In this document: positions 1 through 12,000 of the stretch, piece by piece
Numbering within the stretch: the stretch's first letter is position 1
How the letters are laid out: every line of letters begins with the position of its first letter
The notes under the pieces: model-generated
The model's input: the letters and a program-made list of their open reading frames with translations, nothing else
Databases searched by the model: none
Told to the model about the DNA's origin: nothing
DNA from: Candidatus Omnitrophota bacterium
GTDB lineage: Bacteria > Omnitrophota > Gorgyraeia > Zapsychrales > Fredricksoniimonadaceae
Assembly (NCBI GenBank): GCA_030650275.1
Contig: JAUSEK010000015.1
Coordinates: 3,834-67,833 of the forward strand
Direction of reading: 5' to 3'
DNA length: 64,000 nucleotides
Made by a program: the position numbers and the translations under genes

Positions 1-3000
1 GGTCCATCGGCAGCCTCTACGCCAGCCGTGCCGGGAAGGGCGCGGGTGGGGTCTTTTTTATGTCCGTAGTAGCTATGTCTCTGGGCAAATCTATGCCAGT
101 TGCCCGGCAAGAACGACGCATCCAGTGTCTCCCGGTAATAGCTGGAAGACACATCCAGATCGATCCACGGATTCTGGATCAAATGCATATCGAGCTTCAC
201 CCGCTCATCCGCCGAGAGATCTCCTGCGCTAACCATCCGCCGCTGGATCTCACCGCGGATCGACAGGATCCCTTTAAGGACTGTCCTACTGCCTGCTCCA
301 TTCGCCACCAGCGGTATCTTGTTTATCTCCACAGCATCTCTGGCCTGAGCTGCGGCCGCTTCTTCATCTCCGCCCGCCTTCCTGGCATCTTTTCTCGCGC
401 TCTGCTCCGCTTTTGCCTTCTCACGCTCTATGTACTCATGCCGTCTCTGTAACTGCCCCGGGTCCAACTCCACATCCTGTAACCCCACAAACTCCCCATA
501 CAGCGCTCGCTGCATCCATCCATCTATGATCTGATGCATCCCATGGTTGATCGCATCTTTATACACATCCATTTTCCCTAAATGTTGCGCTGTATAATGC
601 CTTACTCTTTTTTCTTCTTCCGTACTTAACAAATACACTATTTCTACCCTGCGGCCGGTATTTAACTCCAGCAACCGGAGCATCTCTTCGAATCCTTCTA
701 TCTCACTATCCTCTTCACTGCCTAAATCTGTATACCTTAAGATCGGGAAGGTATCGCGGAACGTCTCTTGCGCCAATCTGTGTCTGTCCGCCGATGGGAC
801 CTGTGCGTCCGCGCTCACCTTCTTGTAGTCGATCTTCCCCTGGATCCTCATGACCACAAAATCCAGGCCCAACACATACGCTGACATCAATGCGATCAGC
901 GGATGGCCCCAGACCAGCGGATTCGCTGTGATCGGCAAATATCCTACCCGCAATGGCCTGCTTCTTAACTCATAGAGCCGCTCGTCTTGCACGTCTGTCC
1001 CATACTTCATCGTTCTAAACTTGACAAACGGCTCCGTCTTGCCTTCTCTGGCCTTTTGTGCCAAACCTTTTAGCGCCATTTCCATCGCTATATACAACCG
1101 TGGAACGAAGTGCTTGGATGTCCAATCTGTTCGCCCGGGGTTCTCTTCATAGAGACGCCTGATCTCTTTGACTTGTTCCCTTAGGCCATTCGTCCCTGAT
1201 TCAATCTCACCGCGGATATGTGCCCACACCGACTCCACCGCTCTCGCGGCCTCTTCCTGCCGATGTTCCAAATTCAAACTGATGTCCACACGCCCATTGC
1301 CAAACGGCAAGTCTGCCCATTCCCAAATACCATCAGTCACAAAGATAAACGTATATTGGAAGCCTTTGTTGACTTTAACTGTGGTCTCATAAATCAACTG
1401 TCCATTTCTCTCCCTTACAAACTTAAGCGGCCCACCCTCCTGCCTCCAATTCTGTTGATCCTGGTCTTTATTCGTATACAGCATCACTTCTCCCCGGAAG
1501 GTCTTCGCATACGTGACCGCCCTTAATACCACTTCATCCCCGGACAGGGCCTGTTTGTGCACTTCATCGATATATCCTCGCCTTAACCGACGGCCGATCT
1601 CCTGTTGCCGGGAAGTGTTTTCTCCCTCACTAAGGTTGAATTCAGGGTACGCGCCAATCTCATGACCGAGGCTCAAAACCTGTTCTTCGAGGGTGTTGTA
1701 ATCGGGATAGTTATTGCTGATGATGAGGTATTGCTGACCGTTGCGGGTGACAATGGTGGCTAAGAACCCTTTCACGGGACCGGCGCGGACCAGGCCGGCT
1801 ATGGCCATCTGTCTTAAACATTCGGCCATATGCGCGGCACCGATGGCTTCCAAAGCCCGGATCGCCAGTTTCACCGCAGCGCTGTTCTCATCCAAAACTG
1901 CGAAAGTATTGATGTCGTGCCGGCTCATTTCGAGGTCGACTTCCTCCTGGCTCAACAGCTCTGTGTCCGGTAAACGGCGGGTGGGGTCGCCGGTAGTATT
2001 GGCAGCATCAACGGCAACACTTTTTATGGTCCTGACGATATCTCTGTGACTAAACACCATCCTCATGGTGCTGTTGCCGCCCGCTGCATGGGCCAATTCG
2101 TCCACACTTGCCGCCTTGATCTCCGCCACCAAATTCCCGTCCACAACACCCATATCTGTCATCTTCCTGATGATACCGTCAGCATTCTCTTCCACCTGCA
2201 CGATGTAAACATCCACACTTTCACGCACAATACCCTGATGCTCATGCGAATACCGGTATATGTCATCTACAAATCCATCCATATGCCCTGGTATTCCTTC
2301 CTTAAGATGCGTCCCGGCCGAGATTGTGTTGTTTTCAAGCCACATATCGATCCCTAAGGACCTTGCCAGAATTCCGGGATCTGTCCCGCGCGCGCTGAAG
2401 AATGTGCGGCGCCCCTTGGCTGTTGCGGTGCCCTGGCCCCGAATATAATGGATCAGATGTCCTTCCTTGGACACGATCACGAAAACCACCCTCTGCTCCC
2501 AAGATCCTTGAGGAGCCAATGCTGCCGCGGATGGATCCGCGGATGCTGTGCTGGGCAAGGCAGGGGTGTGGGCGATGACCGATTGTGCAGCCGGCTTCTT
2601 GCTCCCCCACATCTCATGCTCAATCGCATATTTATACCAACGGGAAGGCAATAAGGCACTTGCTGCCGGGTGGCCCTCTTTTAACTTCTCCCGCAACAAG
2701 GTCGAGGAGATGTTTAAGTCCACATCCGGACCTTTGATCAAAAACATCGGGATGTCAGAGGTCGCATAAGCACTACCCATATCCTCCCGCGTAGCCTTGA
2801 CCGCGCTGTGGATCGTATCGATCCCTTTTAATGTCTTCGGTCTGCCGCTCCCATTGGTCAGCGGTATCCCTGCCTTAGCGTCATGCTCAGCTTTTTGAAC
2901 AGCTTCCTCTATTTGTACCGGTTCAAGACCAGATTTCTCTGCCTTTGCTTTGGCCTTTGCTTTTTCTGTAGCAATATACGCGCTTCTTTTTGCCAGCTGA

Positions 3001-6000
3001 TCAGCAGTCAACGTCACATCTGTTAATTCCACGAATTCCCCATACAAGCCTCTTTGGATCCAGCCCATGGAGATCCGATGCCGCTTGCTATCAAACCGAT
3101 GTAAATTCTTGCTCAACATCTCATAATGCAGGCGTATGTAATGCTCCACCCTTACTTCTGTCTCGGTGCTGAGCAAATACACAATATGCAGCCTGCGGTA
3201 TTTGTTCATCGCAAGAAGATTAAACATCTCTTCAAAGCCTTCCACCACTCTTTCTTTTTGCGTCCTAGGATCAATGGGCAGATCTTCACTGCCCAAACTC
3301 GTATAACTAAATACCGGCCGCAACCCTTCCCTGATATCCTCTTGCAACAGCCTATGCCGGTCTTTCTTGGGCGCCAAGTCCTCCGGGGCCATCGGCTTAT
3401 GAATCGCTCCCTGACCGCGTTTGACCAATCTATCCGCCATTACCTGATTACCGCTGGCCAACAACACCCACGGGTGACCATATACTTCAGGGTTAGCCGT
3501 AAGAGGAAAATACGCCACTGTCGCTTCTTTGAGCGGTACGAGCATAAAGAACATCTTAGTCAACCACTCAACCAGCCAGTTGCGCTTGATCAAACTCACC
3601 GGTGCAAACACGTTGATCTTCCCTTCCCTGGCCAAGCGCGCGCGTTGTTCTATGCCTTCCTGGAACACCCTAAAAAGATTCTCGGACACTATGCGCACTT
3701 CACTGCCTTCCGGCTCCTGCATGGCCGCCTCATAACCCGGCCTCATGTCTTCTTCTATGTACCGGGCTACGCGGTTGATCCTTTGCTCCTGCATGATCCG
3801 ATAGGATTCCCTCACAGCGCCGCGGATGCCTAACTCCGTCATCTGCTTGAATTTTAAAATGAATCGCACGCCGGCACCGACCCAGTCCGTGCGGGCTTCC
3901 AGCCGATGCTCGTATTGAGCAAACAGATGTTCTTCGTGCAGATTCTGATCGTGGGTGCCGTTGTTGCTTTCGTGAACAAGAGTGTAACTAAAGAAAGAAT
4001 TGTCGTTAATGGCGATCAGAATATACTCTAAACCATTGACCCGGACATGCGCCCCGTAGGCTGTTCCCATGGAACCCGCACGCACACGGCCGGCTTGCAT
4101 TAAGGCGCGCAACTTATCGGCTTTGTCTTTCTGTCCGGCAGCCTGATGATACAACAATACCTTTTGCGCGTCTTCCATCTGCTCATACACCGCCTTCCAA
4201 CCATGTCCGTGGATCGTGTTGCTTTCGATCAAGTGACGCGCTTCCGCTTCCACTTCACCAGCTGTATGGCCGGGACGGGGTTTGGCAGGATCGTTCGTTG
4301 TAGACGGCTGCCAGGTCCAATCGGATCTTTCACGCATTATTCTCTTAAAGTTTTCCGCAATGGTCTGTTCCTGCTCTGCTGTCAACGGCCTCTTTTCTCC
4401 AAAGGCAAACGGCAGGCCGCCCAGGGAATTTGCCCAACCCGCGGCCCCCATCAAGAGGTCCGACTCTTCCAAAAGGTGATAAACTCCACGACCAAACTGC
4501 GGGATGGTCGGCTGGATCGCCATCTCAAAGGTGCCGTCCTCGTGAATGCGCGCCACGATCAATGCCGTAAGACCGTGGCGATACATGTCCAAAATGTCCT
4601 GATGGGCCTTAAAGACGATCGCTTCCAGATCTTTTCCGAGATAAAAAAGCGCTCTGGCCGGCCAGCCGTTCAATTCGCCATAAACCATATCTTGACCGGC
4701 CGCTCCGGTCCGACGGAAGGTGACAAGGCCGGAATCAATGGCTCTCCAGAGCGGATTCCTCATCGGAGCTGAATGAGTATGCCAATGCCCTCCCTGGCTG
4801 GCCCCACCGCCCTGACCATTGGCCCAGGATTCGAACTCTTTACCGCGGGCGGCAGTAAACAACAAAAAGTCGCGCAGTCTATCAGCATCATCAAAAGTCA
4901 GGGCAACTCTGTCCTTGGCCAGCAGCATGATATGTCCCCGGGCCCACTCGCCGATCACCGTCGTTATGAAATATTCATGGCCTGTACCGCCCTTGGCAGG
5001 ACCGATGACCTGAAAATTTCTGCGCACATTAAAATCACACATGGGGCAATCTGTGTCCGGATGAGGAACATTGACCCTCACCCGCGACGCACCGGCATCT
5101 GCGGACTCCAGCGCTCTTATTTTCTGGGCTTCTGCATTTTTAGCCAGCGCTGCGGCTTCATGCGCCGGTGTGGCATAGCGGACCAGGATGCCGGTCGGTG
5201 TGCGGTGAGGATGGAAGACAAGGACCAGCGGAATGCCGTCTTCAGTCCTGATATCAACTTCATTGCTATGATCGAACCGATGGATCATTTCACCATCGGG
5301 GCCCATCTGCTCTGCGGCTGTTTCATAGCCCCTTTGGATCTCCGCGTCGGCAAAACCGACATTGTGTCTGGCGCGGGCCAGATCAATTGATGTCTGACGG
5401 CGATCACTTTCAACCGCGGGCGGCTGCCAATCCCAATCGGAAGCGTTGCGCATCATTTGTTCGAACCGGTCCGCCACGATCCGGCGTTGTGTTCCATCCA
5501 ATTCCTGGGCAGGACCAAAAGCATACGCCACACCACCCGGGATCCGGGAAGATCCGTTGCGGGTGGATATCAATTCCGGACCAAGCGGCTGCTCAAGCAG
5601 GTATGTTACACCGGACATGGCACCCAATTTTCTTGGACCGATCACCAGTTCATAAGTCCCATCATTCAATACACGGGCATTGATGGCGGGGGTGCTATTA
5701 TGATTATATAGATCTCGTAGATCTCTACTTGCAACCTGGACCAATTTTTGGACATTTTTACCTCTGTATATCCTCACTCTCGCCGGCCATCCCTCCATCT
5801 CACCGAACACCACATCGGATCCGAAAAATCCAGGATTCACAATAGTGACCTTACCGCTATCAATGGCCTTCCAAAGCGGAGAACGGAGCGCGGCGGAATG
5901 AAAATGCAGATGCTTGCCTTGTCTGGCGCCGCCCCCTGGGGCATTGGCCCAAGTTTCATGATCGCTGCCGCGTGCCGCGGTAAAGAGCAGCAAATCGCGC

Positions 6001-9000
6001 AATCTATCGGCATCAACGAACACCTGGGTGACTTTATTCTTGGCAACAGCCATGACCATCTCACGGCCATATTCACCGATAACTGTGGAAATAACGTACT
6101 CATACCCCACCGGGCCGACCGCGCGGTCCATGATCTGCCAAGGTTGTTTCGCATCAAAATTACACAACGAACAATCAGTGTCGGAATGGAGCATGTCAAC
6201 CGTTGTTGGTTCAGGCTGCCCATTACCTGCCAATGTCCGGCCCGGCAGGAAGGACAGCACGAACCGGACGCCATTTGTAGAAACAATTTCCACATCAGTG
6301 GAGGCATCATATGGATGGATGTTTGTTCCATCCGCGCCCTCTCTGGCCGCGGCGCGATCATAGCCATTGCGAATTCTCGCGGCAGCAAATCCTATATTAA
6401 CTTCAGCATCAGCCAAACTAATTGATGCCTGGTCTGCTTCCGCTTCCAGCCATCCCCTAGCTTTGTCTTCTCTGATAGTATTAGTTCCATCATCGTAGCC
6501 GAATGCGCTGCCGATCTCATGGGCGAGGCTCAAGACCTGTTCTTCGAGGGTGTTGTAGTTGGTATGGTTGTAGTCGGAATAATGGTCGCTGATGATGAGG
6601 TATTGCTGACCGTTGCGGGTCACAATAGTAGCTAAGAATCCTTTGACAGGGCCGGCACGGACCATGTGGTCTCTGGCCATCTGTCTTAAACGTTCGGCCA
6701 TATGCTGCGCGCCGATGGCTTCCAAGGCCCGGCTGGCTAATCTTACTGCGGCATTATTTTCATCCAGCACAGTGAAGGTATCGATGTTGTGCTGGGCCAT
6801 TTCAAGGTCAACTTCCTCTTGGGTCAACGGCGTTGTACCCGGCAAACCACGGGTCGGGTCATTGCGGGCCCCTCGACCATAAGAACCTTTCAATCCATAA
6901 GAAACATTTTTCAATAAACCAAAGGGTGTCAGAATAATACCTATAAGGACCAACGGCATTAAAGTCAGCAGCCCATGGATAAAGATCAGAAGCCGGTCAA
7001 TGCCTCCGGTCACCCGTTTCCCGTCCGTCACACGGACAGTCGTGCCGCTGACTAAAACCTTGCCCCAGTTTCTAAATTCATTAACCACGATCCCCAACCA
7101 CCCGAACAGGCCGACATCGTACGGCGTGGAACCGGGATTGTAGAATGTTGCCGAATAATACGTGGACAAGAAATACATAAACACCGGCCAGGACAACCAT
7201 TGCGAATCATTGTGATAAAGCCACAAGCCAAGGCCGCTAAATGCCATGCCCAGCAAAGCCGGTGACAGATGCGATCTCTCAAACGTTTCATACGTTGTCG
7301 GCTGCTGTTCATTAACAGCGTCATGAAGAACAAAATAGCGGTGTTCAAGGCCAAGCGTCCTGCCGGATCCCACGTATTTGGCATCGCCTCTCTGGGCCGT
7401 GTCCACGCCCTGCTTGTGGACGGAAACGAAGAACTGGAAGAATGGTGAGGTCATTAGAAGATATGTGACCCATTGATCAAATCCTGGGCTAAGCAGAATA
7501 ATGGCCAGCGGCGTGAAAGCCAGCAAAGAGATGGCCCCGTAATAGTATAGGCCTGATAACACAGCCAACTGGGCCAGGAACGGTACATAATTTCTCATTT
7601 GTATCCTGCCCAAATGAACGACCAGGATCGCAACAGCATAGGTTGCCAGAAGCGTCATCCACAGTGGAGCTGTCCCGAACATCATGACCGCCACCTTGCC
7701 AATAATAAACCACTGCACCGCCAGAGGGACCATTCTTCGTTTCTCGATCGTACCCAAAAGCCCGTGGTCAAAAATGAGCCGTACCAGCCCCGTCAACGTC
7801 GCGGCCTGGGAATAGATGATGCCGACAATGGCCAGCGATATTTCAAGAATGAACGCGGCAAAACCGCTTAAGCCCAGATAGACCAGGAATCCGGCATAAG
7901 AAAGGTTCGAGTTGTGCACGTGCGGCTCTTTGGTGTAGAAGCCGGTGCCGCCGAAGAAGTGCGTCAAATTGCGCAGGCGTCGGGTCACAAGATTGCCATA
8001 GACCGGTGCGTCCCTTAAATTTCTGGCCGGTTCAGAATGATATTGCTGCGCGCCGCCGCCGCCAAACTTGCTGTTCTTGGCCGCAACCCCCATAAGGCTG
8101 ACTTCACGGGCCTTGCCGGCCTTGGTATAGTAAATGAGCCTGACCTGCTTGCCTTTGGCCGTCCATTCATAGCCGGAGGGAATGTCTTCATTGACCACAT
8201 AGGCCTTGGTAATGCGGCCGATCATGTCCGTATAATTGGTGTCCCACCAATCCGGGTGACCATATTGATACCTCTGCTTACCAACCATGTCCTGGCTGGT
8301 TTGGACGACCAGGTTAAAGGTGCGGTCAGCATGCGCGTCAGCGGCGCCTTCGACAGAAATGTGCTCGGTAAAGATAAATTCAGGAAGCCCCACATTGATC
8401 ACATTGTTGTGTCTGAATTCCTGCGAGACATTAGGCGCCAGGAACGCGTCCTCGATGTAAACATCCTGGTTCTCATCCATGCCCTGCATATGCCGAACCC
8501 GGACAAACGGCTGCATGTTGATCTGGTTCGCCGGTTTGCCCTGGAAGGAAACCATCCTACCCGAATATTCCAAACGCATGATCACATGCGTCGGCTGACC
8601 CAAGGCATCGATGTCCCCTGCCCTGAAATAAACGCTGTTGCTGTTGGCGATCTTGTTGACCGTCTCCATATAAACGATTTCCAGATTGGAATAGATCTCA
8701 AACAGGCGAAGATAATGCGCCAGCAATTCCGGTCTGGCGGAAATGCCCTCACGCGGATTTCCAGCAATGCTTTCCCAGACCTGGAAGCCCAACAGCGGCT
8801 GGAATTGGTCTTGCACGCGCTGATGGACCATCGCCTGCCATGCCGCTTCGGAAGCATAGATGCTGCGGTCGTGGTAATTGATCTCAGCCAAAAACGTGAG
8901 GGCCTCTTCATAATGCATGATGCCGCGCACGGTGCGGCCGATGGTCTGGAACCGGGAAGCGGCCCACATCTGCACTTCAAATTTCACCCACGGATGTTGA

Positions 9001-12000
9001 ATGATCAACGGCTGTCCGCGTCTTAAATTCTCCATATTCTCCAAATCCCGCACGATCTGCGGATCCGTGACAAAACCATTGGCGTCCCTGCCGCCCGGAG
9101 CATCGTTATGGCCTCTCATGTTGATGCCTCTGGACAAACGCCGGATCACATTGCGCCACTGGTTCGGGGTCAGATCGATCATGTAAGTCAAATTCGTATG
9201 CCGGCCTTTGTCACGACGAATGTTGAGCTGGTCCAAAAGGAGATCTTCATTGGCATATTTGGGTATTCCCACACCGATGGAAATCTCATCAAAATCCGGC
9301 GCCTGTGGCATATCCATGGTGAGCTGTTCATAGATCGCATATATCCTGCGATAGACATCCGCATCCTTCGGGGCCTTGCTAAGATCGGGCCATTGAATGA
9401 TCACACCGTTGAGCCTGTCATTGCCAAGGCCTTCCCCTTTAATCTTGAATAAATAGGCTGCCAGCTGACCTTCGGACATTTCGTCTCTGATATTCATGCT
9501 TCTCATCTGGGCATTCCACCAGATGGCAAAGGCAATGTCTGTTTGCTGGGGCGTCAAGCGGCCGACGGATCCCGGCAAGACCTTGGTGACGAAATTCCTG
9601 CGCAAAGTGCCGCTGTGCATGGCCAGCCGCACCCTCCACCAAAATGGGAAGATGTGTTTACCGACATAGGCCAGTTTTCCGGCAGCGAGAATGGCCTGGG
9701 CCGCCTGGAACAAAGAATACAGAGACAGGACGTGATAGAAAATGAACGGCAGCCACAAGATCACCTTGGCCATGGTGCCGCCGACGAAATATCCGAGCAC
9801 GAACCAGCTGCCGAACACCAACGCCATCACCGGTAACGGGGCGATCAGGGACACAACGGCCCATGCCACGCCCTTCTTTTGGTCCCAACCAAAATTCTGG
9901 GCGATCTTAACTTTCAGCAGGATATAAACGAAAAAGAAAAGGATGCCATTCGAAGGCGACCGCAGATAACGCAGAAGTCCCGGGAAATCAATGTAGGCAA
10001 AATAGTCAACCGCATTGACCGCATCCAGGACGTAAGGAATGACATAATTGTTCCATTCATAATGAACAAAAGAAACAGCCGCCCAGACGAGGACCATGGT
10101 CAGGGTGTTCCAGAATTGTTTCGGGGCGGGGATGCCTTGGTAGGGCGGGACCGGTTTACCATAAAGTCCTGTACCGGCCGTTTTACTTCTGGGCGCTTGC
10201 CATATGTGTTCGATCACCTTGAAAAGAGCATAAAATCCGCCTAGGACCACGGCGATCTTGACAGCCGGACCCTGGCCGGCATTGTGCCAAATGGCGGCAA
10301 TGAACGTCAACGCCGCGTATTCATAAATCCCGATGTTGGCCAGGGTGGTCTGAATCCAGCCCTTCCAGCTCAAGGCCCCGCCCATCATTTCATTGTAGGT
10401 TTTATAAGGCGTCAGGTGGGCCGGAAAATTATTGCCTTGGGCTATGGTGGTGGCCGGGTCCCAATGAACGCCGCCGTTCCAATAATGAGCCAAATAAGCT
10501 TTGATATAATCAGGCGTCCTGAAAAGGCCTTCCATGTTGTCATGATTGACATATCCGGGCAGATAACCGCCTCTTTGCGGTTGGGACCGCATCCACACCG
10601 ACCATCTCCGGGCTTCGGCTTCGATCGCAGCGCGCACCTGGACCGACCGTCCTTCCGCAACCATGTGGCGAGCCAGGTGGAACAGGAACCATGTGACGTC
10701 GGAGGAAGCGCGCATTTCATCCGCGATCATCAGCACAGCGAAATAAATCCTGAGATCTTCACGGGTAAAGACCATGCCGCTCGCATCAATGCCCATGACC
10801 TCCCTGAGTAACCACAAATACCGTTCAAACAGATCCGGGGAAACCGTGTGGTTCGTCATCACGGCCGGAGCGCTCATCCGCTCACCAAGCGTCTTTCTGA
10901 CCTTCATTTCCATGCCGAAATGTTGGGACGGCGTCAAACCGAAGCTGGGCTCCAACGGCGCACCGGTTGAGATCTGCCGGAATGAAACCCTTCTGCCGGG
11001 ACGGGCCCCTCTGATGCGATTTATATGCTTGGCGAGCCAGCCGAGAAGGAAGGCGGCTGCGGCCGCTGCGACCAGCACTTTAACGAGCGTCAGCAGAACG
11101 GTGCCCTGCTCCTGTAATTCTTTTATCCAGCTGCTGCGCAGATCGGTGCGGACTTTGGGATTTTCTTTCGCCAATTCTCCGTTGATATACCTGTATTGCT
11201 GTTCATGCCAGACCCCCTGGATATTGACGCCCCCCGAAACAGGTTCTTTTTCATAGACCTGGACGGCGGTGGCCATGTCAAAATCGGTCCTGCCGAGATC
11301 GGCATAAGGAAGCGCCAGCGGATTGGGATCACCCTGGTCGGTATGGGCCGTAACCGCATATTCGGAGTGACGATAAATTTTGACCTTGTCCGTTTCTAAG
11401 ATCTGTCCAACATCGGCAGGCGCGGCCTGTTTGAGGACCAGGGCGGAAAAGACCGGGTTCTCAAATTCATTGATATATGTGATCTCATCCTTATAAGGAT
11501 CAATGAGGGCCCCCTGATTGAATACAGCCAGAGGCGTGATAATGTGCAAACCGGCTTCAAGAACTTTGCGCCCGGTGAAAAGATTATAGTAAACGGCCCG
11601 TTTGAACCGGTCGCCACGGACATCATAAGCCAGGAGTTTATTCCCACCGACCTCGGTAGTCCCCCGGAAGACCTCGCGCGTGGGGCCTTCCCCGCTACGG
11701 AACAGTTGAATGTTCTGCGGCATGATGTTGGACGAAGGCAGATCGGTCAAGGACACGATACTGCGCAGGTCCGCCGTAGCACGGTGCATCCACCAGGTAT
11801 TGATGGTCATGTTCCCGGCGGAGGTGATGACGGCCAATGAACGCCCGTTGCTGTCGAAACGACGCAGGACCTGAAACGAAGGCCTGGTCCACACCCCGGC
11901 CATGGTGCCGCCGAGGTTACGGGGCTGGTTCTGGTCACGGATCATGATCAGTGAGGTGTCCGGAGTTATGCCTTCCTGCTCAAGGTCCTTCCATAGGTCC

